Assembly: GCA_036676395.1 (NCBI GenBank) | Contig: JAKFCY010000002.1 | Coordinates: forward strand, 2,649,132 to 2,713,131 | DNA: 64,000 nucleotides | Reading direction: 5' to 3' | From: Bdellovibrio sp. | Lineage (GTDB): Bacteria > Bdellovibrionota > Bdellovibrionia > Bdellovibrionales > Bdellovibrionaceae | In this document: positions 28,694 through 37,744 of the stretch, in pieces | Layout of the letters: the number at the start of each line of letters is the position of its first letter | Numbering within the stretch: the stretch's first letter is position 1 | Translations under genes and position numbers: made by a program | The notes under the pieces: generated by a model | Databases searched by the model: none | What the model was told of the DNA's origin: nothing | Seen by the model: only the letters and a program-made list of their open reading frames with translations

Positions 28694-28747
28694 AGTGTTT
28701 TCTCCCTCTTATTTACATATTACTTACATATATAAATAACGTGTAAG

Positions 28748-28776
28748 TTATCCACATGTCCACAGGCTTTTGCACA
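28748..28776 (+). promoter_or_regulatory. Cluster of DnaA-box-like 9-mers
   Basis: TTATCCACA (28748), ATGTCCACA (28756) and TTTTGCACA (28768); a further TGTTCCACA at 28885. Confidence 0.55.
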
Positions 28777-28958
28777 AAGTTTCAGTTCTAGCTCTTTGAC
28801 TAGACAGTTTTTTGCAACTTAGAAAAATTTGTTTGTTATCGCTCAAAATTTCTACAAAATTCGTGTTTTTCAGAGAGAATAAAGTGTTCCACACACCTTA
28901 AGTCCTGCGTCAATCCCGACGATAGTTTAGTGCTTCGACTCTAACCTTTGGGGGAATT

Positions 28959-30494
28959 ATGAAAAAGAATCATCAACATTATGTTACAAAAATTGTAGCA
29001 GCGATGATTTTACTAACATTTACTGCCTGTAAATCTCAGATGAGTTTTATTCCTGCAGCTTCTGCTGATCCAACAGCACAAGATGATATGGGCGCCGTCA
29101 CCGAGTTCTTTAAATTATCTGAATCAGAACAAACGATCACGCAAGAATCATTAGAAGAAAATCAAACCGCGATTTCTTTTCAAGTGCGTAAGCCTGATGG
29201 TTCATTAGCTCAGTCTTTAAATGCAAATGATCTATTGTTAATTGAAAGTCTGATTCCGGTAAATAAATTCAACTTAACTAAAAACAGTATGGAAACAAAA
29301 GAAACCGTAGATATCGCTTTTGTTGTCGATGTAACGGGTTCGATGTCAGCAACTATTGAATCTGCCAAGATTCGTTTAATTAACTTCGTTAGACGTTCAC
29401 GCGAAGCTGGTTACCATACGCGTATGTGTCTTGTGACGTTTGGTGATTACACCATTCGCCGTTGTGATAAATTCTATGATAATAACCCTGCTGACCCGTC
29501 AACAAATACACAAGTGGATGAATTGATTTCTGAAATCACTAAACTTAAAGCTTTAAAAGGTTCAAGTGATCCAGGTGGTAAAGATTTAAATGAAAACCCA
29601 ATGCGCGCTCTTATTGATACAGCGGCGGCTCCGTGGGCTACGAACAATCAACGTTTTGCGATTTTAATTACTGATGATGGCTTTTTATATTCACCAGGCA
29701 ATAGTGGCGCTGTCGGTAGCGGAGCTCCGAAATACACTGATGTCAAAACAGCTCTTGCTAGCTCAAAAGTAAAAGTGTTCGCAGCAACACCTTCGTTAGC
29801 CGGTTATAATAAAAATTTCGGCTCTGAAGCTGGTATCGTGGCATTAAGCCAAGGCGAATGGTTTAACTTTAACGATTTAATCTCAGGCGCGATCACTTTA
29901 GATACGATTTTAAATCGTATCTTAACTAACGTGAATACCACGTTTACGATTTCTTATGTGGCTGATAAAATTCCGGGATTGAATCCGGCCTTATCGTTAG
30001 CATTGCGCGAATTTCAATTACAATTGCTTAATCCATTATTAGGTACGATTCAGTCATTACAATTTCAAAGTAATCTACCAAATGGCCGTGCTGATTATAA
30101 ATCTGAATTTGGTCTATCTGGTAAAAAAATTAAAAAAGATTCTTTAAGAGTCATCGTCAATGGCTTAACTGTCGTAAAAGGCTTTAAATTAACTAACGAT
30201 GGTAAAATCAAATTTGATCAAGCCCCGCTGGCAGGTTCGGTAATAAAGGTTTCTTATATTTACGAAAACTTAAAAGATGTGATCTCGTTAAAACCGATTG
30301 TATTAGGTCAGATCAACCCAACATCGGTTGTTATCTTATTAAACGGCGTTAAAGCGCGTGCTAAAGATTACACCATCGAGAAAACCATTGAAGGCCGCTA
30401 TGTGGTTAATCTGCAAGACAGTGCCTTAGATGACACAGACCCGTACAAAATTTTTGCCAACAATGGGTTACACTTTGATATAAAATTCAAGTAA
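28959..30494 (+). CDS. von Willebrand factor A domain lipoprotein
   Basis: Lipobox FTAC; MIDAS DIAFVVDVTGSMS and ILITDD. Confidence 0.85.
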   Translation: MKKNHQHYVTKIVAAMILLTFTACKSQMSFIPAASADPTAQDDMGAVTEFFKLSESEQTITQESLEENQTAISFQVRKPDGSLAQSLNANDLLLIESLIPVNKFNLTKNSMETKETVDIAFVVDVTGSMSATIESAKIRLINFVRRSREAGYHTRMCLVTFGDYTIRRCDKFYDNNPADPSTNTQVDELISEITKLKALKGSSDPGGKDLNENPMRALIDTAAAPWATNNQRFAILITDDGFLYSPGNSGAVGSGAPKYTDVKTALASSKVKVFAATPSLAGYNKNFGSEAGIVALSQGEWFNFNDLISGAITLDTILNRILTNVNTTFTISYVADKIPGLNPALSLALREFQLQLLNPLLGTIQSLQFQSNLPNGRADYKSEFGLSGKKIKKDSLRVIVNGLTVVKGFKLTNDGKIKFDQAPLAGSVIKVSYIYENLKDVISLKPIVLGQINPTSVVILLNGVKARAKDYTIEKTIEGRYVVNLQDSALDDTDPYKIFANNGLHFDIKFK

Positions 30495-30503
30495 TATGGT
30501 CCG

Positions 30504-31046
30504 GTGTTAAAAGCCGTACTCGTTGATCATCACGATTCATTTACCTTCAATATTAAAGCCTGGCTTAAGCCGCGCTTTAATATTTCTGTCGTCGATTGCA
30601 GCGAGGTTGATAAAATTAATGCCCTTGATTTCGATCTGGTGATTTTTTCTCCGGGGCCTAAAACTCCAAGCGATTATCCACTAAGTAAAAACTTTTTAAA
30701 AAGCTTACCTGCGAACAAACCTGTTTTAGGAATTTGTCTCGGCATGCAGATGATGAATGAAATTGAAAACGGAACTGTGCAGGCCTATTACCCGCCTGTG
30801 CACGGTAAAACCAGCGCGCTGATGTCAGATAATAACAAGTTCAATAATATTCAGGTTGCCAGATATCATTCGCTAAAATGCGACATGACTAACGCCTTTG
30901 ATATTTTAGCCAGCAGTGAAACGATTCCAATGATCGTACGCCATAAAAATAAAAACTGGCTGGGTTTGCAGTTTCACCCAGAATCATTCTTAACTGAACA
31001 ACCTGAACTCTTTTTGCAATCGGTGGTTGAACTATGCAACCGCTGA
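30504..31046 (+). CDS. pabA: Aminodeoxychorismate/anthranilate synthase glutamine amidotransferase subunit
   Basis: DSFTFN, SPGP, GICLGMQ, ARYHSL and QFHPES motifs; upstream of a pabB-like gene. Confidence 0.85.
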   Translation: MLKAVLVDHHDSFTFNIKAWLKPRFNISVVDCSEVDKINALDFDLVIFSPGPKTPSDYPLSKNFLKSLPANKPVLGICLGMQMMNEIENGTVQAYYPPVHGKTSALMSDNNKFNNIQVARYHSLKCDMTNAFDILASSETIPMIVRHKNKNWLGLQFHPESFLTEQPELFLQSVVELCNR

Positions 31047-32767
31047 TTTGTTTTCACGAAGACAGAAAATTTATTCACAGCACTGATTACCAGTTAATTT
31101 CTTGTAGCGACGATCAAGACACGAAAAGTTTTTTACAAGCTATCGAAAAAAATTACGCTGAAAAAATGAAAGTGGTGAAACTTAATTTTGCAGCACTTGA
31201 AAAACCAAGCGTTCATGATACCCGTCGCTTTTATGCAAAAACCCCAAAAGCCCAGGTCTTTGTTTTGAATACGTTTGCATTACTTGAGCAGACTCAGTTA
31301 GAAAATCTATACCCTGAAAAACCTACCTCGCGCCCCACCTATTACCCGACTGTTCAAGAATCCTTATTCTTAGAAAATGTGCAATCAATCAAAGAAGATA
31401 TCTGTAGTGGGCGTTTTTACCAAATGAACTACACCGCAGCTCTTGAAGCCAAAGCGCCAAAACATTATTCGCAGTTAGATGGTTTTGTGCATATTTCAAA
31501 AACTGTTGGCAGTGATTACCGTGCGTATTTGCCACTAGGGCCCGATGAAAGCATTCACTGTCTTTCGCCAGAAATGTTTTTATACAAAAAAGGATCTCGT
31601 CTTACGACCCAACCGATTAAAGGCACTTTGCTTTCGGGTTCAAATATTTCTGAATTACAAAATAGCAGCAAAGAAAACGCCGAACTTTCAATGATCGTGG
31701 ATTTACTGCGCAATGATTTAAATACTTTATCTTGTGATAAATATAACGACAGTTCGCGCGTCAACTTTCACAGAAAGATTATTGATTTAAAATACACGTC
31801 GCACACTTATTCTGAAATCGAAATTAATACGTCAAAAAGTTTCAGCGAAATTATCGCTAATACTTTTCCGGGGGGCTCAATTTCTGGCTGTCCAAAAATT
31901 GAAAGCCTTAAAAAAATCGCCGAAGTTGAAAATTATCACCGTGACTTCTACACCGGCTCTATCGGTTGGTGGCAAGGTGAAGACTTTTGCTTAAACGTGG
32001 CGATTCGCAGCAGCTACCAAAAAAACAACCAGCTTTTTTATTTTACCGGTTGCGGGATTGTTTTTGATTCAGAACCGCGCAAAGAGTGGCATGAATTTTT
32101 AACTAAATGCAGTTTTTTAAATCTGTATCTTGAATACACCTCGGTGGTAGACACTTTAGAATTTAACGATGGATTTACTTACCTGCCTGAACATATTCAA
32201 CGCACGTATTTAGCTTTGCGTGACCAGATGGTTCAAACTGATCTGCAGCAGATTCAAAGTCTTTATCAAAAAATTGAAGCGACAAAGCGAACTAAACTAA
32301 AAACACCGCATAAAGTGCGCTTAGTTTTTGCCAAAGATTTAACTTACACCGCAGAATCGACCCCGCTTGCAGCAACCAGCCAGCCAGTGATACTGCAATT
32401 GATACCGTTTAAACAGTTCCTGCCGCGCTATAAGACGATCGACCGTAATGTTTGGAACTTGATACTACAAAATAAAAAAGAAGCCGCTCACGACGTTCTT
32501 ATCGTGAATAAACAAGGCAACATCGTAGAGACTTCGATTTACAGCGTGTTTTATAAAAAAGGTGACGAGTTTTTCACTCCGCCCAGCAGTGATGGCGGAA
32601 TGTATAGCGTGTTTCAGGCGCATCACATAAAAAAAGGTTCTATCACCGTCGATGATAGAACCTATAAGTTATCTGAAAGATCACTACCGGCTTCAGAATT
32701 ACCAACTGTAGAACTTTATGTTGGCAACTCTGTACGCGGTCTTTTAAAAGCTAGCCTACTTTTCTAA
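31034..32767 (+). CDS. pabB: Chorismate-binding (PabB) domain fused to a class IV aminotransferase (PabC-like) domain
   Basis: SPEMF, QPIKGT, KENAELSMIVDLLRNDL, FPGGSISGCPK and NVAIR, followed by HIQR, YKT, ETSIYSVF and GNSVRGL. Confidence 0.8.
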   Translation: MQPLICFHEDRKFIHSTDYQLISCSDDQDTKSFLQAIEKNYAEKMKVVKLNFAALEKPSVHDTRRFYAKTPKAQVFVLNTFALLEQTQLENLYPEKPTSRPTYYPTVQESLFLENVQSIKEDICSGRFYQMNYTAALEAKAPKHYSQLDGFVHISKTVGSDYRAYLPLGPDESIHCLSPEMFLYKKGSRLTTQPIKGTLLSGSNISELQNSSKENAELSMIVDLLRNDLNTLSCDKYNDSSRVNFHRKIIDLKYTSHTYSEIEINTSKSFSEIIANTFPGGSISGCPKIESLKKIAEVENYHRDFYTGSIGWWQGEDFCLNVAIRSSYQKNNQLFYFTGCGIVFDSEPRKEWHEFLTKCSFLNLYLEYTSVVDTLEFNDGFTYLPEHIQRTYLALRDQMVQTDLQQIQSLYQKIEATKRTKLKTPHKVRLVFAKDLTYTAESTPLAATSQPVILQLIPFKQFLPRYKTIDRNVWNLILQNKKEAAHDVLIVNKQGNIVETSIYSVFYKKGDEFFTPPSSDGGMYSVFQAHHIKKGSITVDDRTYKLSERSLPASELPTVELYVGNSVRGLLKASLLF

Positions 32768-33164
32768 AGTGCGGTGACTTTTGTGTTGGCTTTTCGTGCA
32801 TAGGATTATGCTTAAATTTTAAAAACTGTTTATAGTCTTTATTGTAAGCTGAAGTAAATGCAGCTTCATGTTTATTAAAAACTTTATCTAACCAAGTGTA
32901 ATACGTTTTATACATGTGGTTATTCATAAAGTTACAGTACCACATAAATGGCATTGCATTAGAAACCCAATATTTTTTTGAAAAGCTTGTGATCTCTTTA
33001 TTAAAAAAGCCCCACCACTTAGTTGCTTCAGTTTTATTCACAAAGTTAGAAGTAAAATAATTTCTACCTTTAAATGTAAAACCAATTTCATAGCCTTTGC
33101 CTACAGGTTTGAAATATGTTTTGAACAAATTTTTGCCAAGCTTATAATTTTTTGATTTAGTCAT
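32751..33164 (-). CDS. Hypothetical basic, aromatic-rich protein
   Basis: 137-aa ORF with a GGAG RBS; no family recognised. Confidence 0.6.
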   Translation of the reverse strand: MTKSKNYKLGKNLFKTYFKPVGKGYEIGFTFKGRNYFTSNFVNKTEATKWWGFFNKEITSFSKKYWVSNAMPFMWYCNFMNNHMYKTYYTWLDKVFNKHEAAFTSAYNKDYKQFLKFKHNPMHEKPTQKSPHFRKVG

Positions 33165-33238
33165 CGAATCTCCGAGAAGAGTTAAGGCCTAATTGCCAAG
33201 ACTTCTATCGGTAAACTGACGTACAAAAATGAGTTTAA

Positions 33239-34045
33239 TTATATTGATTTCGTGTCAGACTTTGCCGGGTCTACAAATGGAACGTATTTTTCTGACACCA
33301 TGGCATGCAGCTTTGCCGCGATTTCACTTCTGTGATCTTCAGGTGTCACATGCAACAAGGGTAAAAACTCTATTTCACAAACTAGTGTTTCAAGTTGCAA
33401 CGCTCCCCAGATTGATTGAAAGAACGAAATATCACCGTGCCAGCATAAAGCATCACGATGTTCAAACTTCACTGGAGCACCATTAACTAAGCGATAATTA
33501 AAAACAAAGGGTCTGATTGGCACACCAGCTAATCCTGCTGCCATCAACAGTGTTTTTTTAAACGGCAGTACCTGTTCACCATTTGAGGCCACAGATTCTG
33601 CATATAGCACAACATGAAAGCGTTTTTTTAAAACTTCGATGATATCTTTTAACTCATCCTGAATTTTCATGCGGTTTACGCGGTCAACATAAGTACAACC
33701 GGCAACCTCTGTGATTTTTCCAAGGCCCGGAGCTTTTTGCATTTCACGTGATGTGATAAACACAGTTGGCACAAGCGAAGTTAAAGCCAAAATATCAATG
33801 AAGCCAACATGATTGCCGATTAATAGCGAAGCTTCATTATGAGCGATTGGATTTTTACAGATCACTTGCACGTGAAAAGCGTTAACAAGGCGGATTCCGT
33901 ATTGATGCGCATTTTCAGTTAAACGTCGGCGACGCAATACAGGTTCTTTGGTCGTTAAATAAATAAACGTACCCTGAATAAGATATGCTGAAATAATAGT
34001 TACAAACTTTATAAAACGATAAGCAGCGCGAATTTTTTGATACAT
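33239..34045 (-). CDS. Lysophospholipid acyltransferase (PlsC family)
   Basis: NHVGFID (NHxxxxD), YVDR, YAES and PFKK motifs. Confidence 0.85.
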   Translation of the reverse strand: MYQKIRAAYRFIKFVTIISAYLIQGTFIYLTTKEPVLRRRRLTENAHQYGIRLVNAFHVQVICKNPIAHNEASLLIGNHVGFIDILALTSLVPTVFITSREMQKAPGLGKITEVAGCTYVDRVNRMKIQDELKDIIEVLKKRFHVVLYAESVASNGEQVLPFKKTLLMAAGLAGVPIRPFVFNYRLVNGAPVKFEHRDALCWHGDISFFQSIWGALQLETLVCEIEFLPLLHVTPEDHRSEIAAKLHAMVSEKYVPFVDPAKSDTKSI

Positions 34046-34073
34046 GCAAAGCTGATCATAGCCCCAAACAAAT

Positions 34074-34102
34074 AAAAAAAGCCAGCTTTACGCTGGCTTT
34101 TT
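34074..34102. terminator. Intrinsic terminator of the 34130-36148 gene
   Basis: AAAAAAAGCCAGC-tttac-GCTGGCTTTTT. Confidence 0.85.
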
Positions 34103-34129
34103 CGTGATAACACTTTGTTTAGTACTTAA

Positions 34130-36148
34130 TTAGTTTACTTTATTTAAGTAGAAATAAAGTTTCATAGGTTCAAGCATCCAAGATAAGTTATTGTCGTCGC
34201 TTGGATGTGCAACAGCTTCATTAGCAGCAGCGACACAAGCAGCATCAGTACTTGCCATGCGCCCGTTTTCTTTTAATTCAACTAACATTTTTGTTGCTGT
34301 AATTGATTTAAAAGAAATTACTGTCTTACGCGAAACTTGACAGAACGTACTACTATTTGCCGAAGTCTGAATCGTAACGCCTTCTGACTCTTCATCCTCA
34401 AGAATAGCCGATTTACCATCAGCCGCATAATTTAAGATATTCGTAATGAAAGCATTTTTTGGACGACCTTTAAAGTCATCTTTACTGATGAAATCAGCGG
34501 GGCTGATAGCTTGCCAGTTAAAGTTGTACTCACGACCACAAGAACCATCTTGTGTTTGGCCGCCACCACCTTGCCAGTAAGCATTCGCGTAACAACGATA
34601 AGCCGCCAAAGTTGCAGCAACTGTTCCGCTGGCAGAGTGACATAAATCAGTACTGCCAATAATTGTTTCTGGTTTACCCAAGTATCTTCCGCCTGATTTA
34701 TCCATCGGCGTTGCTGAAGGCGCTCCGTCTACATCAGTAAACTCACCGCCTGTATGCGTACAGTAGAAACTAACTGCTGCAGTTGATGAAACGCCATCAT
34801 GGTCAGCATTCGAATAAGTACATGAATTACTGTAGAAACCTGTACCGATCGCCGTAGCACTTGTCGGTTGAGGCGGACAGCTTCCTTGATTAAGATTTTG
34901 CCAGTTAGTTACGTTAATTGGTTTTTCAGTAGCCAAATCTTTACAACCGCTTCCTTGAATTCCGACTTGCCAACCAATTGTAGTGCCGGTTGAAACTGGT
35001 ACGCCAGGCCACGCGCCTGTATAAACTTTTGAACGACAAGCCCATGCATTATACATTTTTGTAGTTCCAGAAACTAACCAAGCACGGCAATCAGCTTCTT
35101 CGTGATTCGATTGCGCGCCCGTTTTCATCCACGGTTCATTGTATGGAGCCGGATCTCCTCCAAAACCAGATGCTGTAGTAAATCCGTATGGACCAAACTG
35201 CATTGCACCAGCTGTAGCACTAACTGTTGGAAGACCCGCTGGTAAAAGGTGGATACGACCGTAACCACGAGCTTCGTCAGCAGAAAAACCTGTTGTATCA
35301 TTACAAGCACCAATTGAATTTCCGTAGTTACCGCCCCAAATTGAAAGAGCGTAACGATCATTAGTACCTACTGTACCACTTGTTACCGGGCATGATGTTA
35401 CTGTACCACTTGCATTCTTTTCGCAGTTACCTGGTGCAGGAGTAAAGTCTTTACCTGTAAAACGAGCCAACGTAAGTTTAAATCCAACATGTGGCATACC
35501 CGGATCACCTGGATTGTACGCACCAACTGTAAATGATGCGCCCACCTTTTCATAGGCATCCATTGTCCATTCACCTGTAGGATTAAACGCTGATGCTGCG
35601 GCAACAGCAATTTCTTGTTGCACATTTGCAACGTTAGCTTTTGGAACTTCAACAGTACCATCAGAAGCTAAAGTAATTGCACCTAATGGTAAACTACCTG
35701 TAGCTACAACTGTTGAATCCGCTACTGCGTTACCATTTAAATCTGTTTTAGTACTATCAGTAAATTTAACTTCACCAACTACAACATCAGTTTCTTTATT
35801 AACAAAAGCTACAGTGATTGCAGTACCAGCTGCGTCTTCACCAAGATCAACAGAAAATGTACCATCACCATTAATATCTGCCGTAACTTCAGTAGGAGGG
35901 TCAGTTTGTGCAGTTGCAACAACTTCTAAATCATCATATTCAACTGCGCTGGCGTTAACATTATAAGATTGCACGTCACCAGTTTTTTGATTGATAGCCA
36001 TTGATGCAGCACCTAAATCTAAATCACCGCTGATCACTAATCCATCAGAACCAATTGCGCGTGAGACATCAGAACCCGAACATGCAGCTAAAGCGATGAT
36101 TGATGATAACAATCCAGCTTGCGCTACGTTTTTAAAACATAACTTCAT
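34130..36148 (-). CDS. Large Cys/Gly/Thr-rich surface lipoprotein of unknown function
   Basis: Lipobox LAAC, GGAGG RBS, many Cys in the C-terminal two thirds, own terminator. Confidence 0.75.
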   Translation of the reverse strand: MKLCFKNVAQAGLLSSIIALAACSGSDVSRAIGSDGLVISGDLDLGAASMAINQKTGDVQSYNVNASAVEYDDLEVVATAQTDPPTEVTADINGDGTFSVDLGEDAAGTAITVAFVNKETDVVVGEVKFTDSTKTDLNGNAVADSTVVATGSLPLGAITLASDGTVEVPKANVANVQQEIAVAAASAFNPTGEWTMDAYEKVGASFTVGAYNPGDPGMPHVGFKLTLARFTGKDFTPAPGNCEKNASGTVTSCPVTSGTVGTNDRYALSIWGGNYGNSIGACNDTTGFSADEARGYGRIHLLPAGLPTVSATAGAMQFGPYGFTTASGFGGDPAPYNEPWMKTGAQSNHEEADCRAWLVSGTTKMYNAWACRSKVYTGAWPGVPVSTGTTIGWQVGIQGSGCKDLATEKPINVTNWQNLNQGSCPPQPTSATAIGTGFYSNSCTYSNADHDGVSSTAAVSFYCTHTGGEFTDVDGAPSATPMDKSGGRYLGKPETIIGSTDLCHSASGTVAATLAAYRCYANAYWQGGGGQTQDGSCGREYNFNWQAISPADFISKDDFKGRPKNAFITNILNYAADGKSAILEDEESEGVTIQTSANSSTFCQVSRKTVISFKSITATKMLVELKENGRMASTDAACVAAANEAVAHPSDDNNLSWMLEPMKLYFYLNKVN

Positions 36149-36360
36149 TATTCCTCCGTGTGTGTTTTTATGACGACCAATTTAGTCTGAAGAAAATAAT
36201 GACAATTTCATATGCAAATATTTTTTTCGCCGACAAACGTCTGGGAATGGTTCAACTTGTGTTTCAATGTGCTATAACCAGAGTCATAACGCTGGATCGT
36301 TAGTAACAATTTCTTAACAGAAATTTCACAACACCAGAAATTTTTAGAAGGAGTTTTGTT

Positions 36361-36723
36361 TTGAAAAAAAATGTTATTTTATTTATGTGTGCGTGTTTAC
36401 TATCTTCTTTTTCATTCGCAAAAAGTAAAATCGATGTGAATGAAAAATATAAAAAACCGATCATCAGATTTTTACCAATGATGAAATCTTGCCGTGATGC
36501 CGGAACAAAACAAACGATGCAAGCTTCAGGAAAAATTGTTGTCGATTACGAAATCAATGACAAAGCTGAATTACACAAAATCAGAATCAACGACGAACAA
36601 ACTACACTGACTGATTTGAATTTACAAAAGTGTGTTGTTGATGCGTTTAAAAAAATTAAATTTCCAAAAACGCCAAAAGGTAAGATTGTTAAAATCACTT
36701 ACCCCGTTGAATTTAGTCGATAA
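36361..36723 (+). CDS. Exported AgmX/PglI-type TonB-C-like domain protein
   Basis: Signal peptide; C..A....SGKIVVDYEI...CVVDAFKKIKFP.PKG...ITYPVEF pattern; AAGGAG RBS. Confidence 0.75.
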   Translation: MKKNVILFMCACLLSSFSFAKSKIDVNEKYKKPIIRFLPMMKSCRDAGTKQTMQASGKIVVDYEINDKAELHKIRINDEQTTLTDLNLQKCVVDAFKKIKFPKTPKGKIVKITYPVEFSR

Positions 36724-37744
36724 TTAATGAAGCCGCTTTGTACATGCGGTCAAAGATGCTCTCCCACATTTCAGTATTGTGGTAGGGCATTTGAATAAAG
36801 CATAAAACATCGGGCTTACGTGCACTGACTGCGCGAAGCTGTGAATACAATTCGCGCGCAGCTTGGCCCGGATCTTTGGGTAAAAGCAAAAATTCAATCT
36901 TTTCGACTCGACCCTTTGGTTTCACAATTTTAACTTGTTCAACTTCGTCAGGAAGTTCTTTTAACTTCGCATTTAGAATTTCAGAAATTTGGCTGACTTT
37001 CATACTTGGATCTTTGCAAATCACAAATGGAACTTCGGGCATGTAATGATGTTTCATATGCCCCGGTGATTCTTTTTTATCAACGGCCGCAAGCCATTTG
37101 TATTTTAACTGCGTTTTTTGTAATGACGTATCTAATTCAGATTTTAAAACAGCACCCTTACGTAAAATTGCTAATTCATAAGTATTATGTTGCGGACCCA
37201 CAAAAGACACTCTGACTAATAAGACTGTAGATTCAATTCCGATTTGGCTTTGCCCTTGATCTAACACCAGAACGCTATCACCGAATTCTTTTTTAACATG
37301 CTCAGCTTTTGTAGGACTCGTTTTGCCAAATTTATTCGCGCTTGGTGCGGCTATTGGTACGCCAACAGCATTAATTAATTGCTGCGCTAACGGATGGCTG
37401 GGTAAACGTACGCCAACACTATCTAAACCTGAAGTGATCATATCAGAAATTAATTCTGATTTTGGCATTACTAAAGTTAAAGCTCCCGGCCAAAAATCTT
37501 TAGCCAGATGATCTGCCAGCGCATGCCATTGTTTAAAACAAGTCTTAGCCTGTTCAACTGAGGCCACATGCACAATCAACGGATCAAAAAATGGACGCTG
37601 TTTCGTCGAGAATATTTTTTTTAAACCTTCGGGGCGATCAATACGCGCACCAAGGCCATAAACCGTCTCGGTCGGAAAAGCCACGACATCACCTTGTTCA
37701 AGTAATTCAACCGCGCGTGTGAAGTCACTACTTGCTGTCAACAA
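36713..37744 (-). CDS. tsaC: L-threonylcarbamoyladenylate synthase (Sua5/TsaC)
   Basis: AFPTETVYGLG, KQRPFFDPLIVH, AAPSAN, GIESTV and SPGHMKHHY motifs. Confidence 0.93.
   Translation of the reverse strand: MLTASSDFTRAVELLEQGDVVAFPTETVYGLGARIDRPEGLKKIFSTKQRPFFDPLIVHVASVEQAKTCFKQWHALADHLAKDFWPGALTLVMPKSELISDMITSGLDSVGVRLPSHPLAQQLINAVGVPIAAPSANKFGKTSPTKAEHVKKEFGDSVLVLDQGQSQIGIESTVLLVRVSFVGPQHNTYELAILRKGAVLKSELDTSLQKTQLKYKWLAAVDKKESPGHMKHHYMPEVPFVICKDPSMKVSQISEILNAKLKELPDEVEQVKIVKPKGRVEKIEFLLLPKDPGQAARELYSQLRAVSARKPDVLCFIQMPYHNTEMWESIFDRMYKAASLIID

Noticed and set aside
31034..32767. PabB-PabC fusion as a novelty
   Set aside because: Such fusions are already known in other bacteria.
33205..33232. 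Possible sigma28 promoter (ACCGATAG on the minus strand) before the 137-aa gene
   Set aside because: The -35 element is weak; insufficient support from sequence alone.
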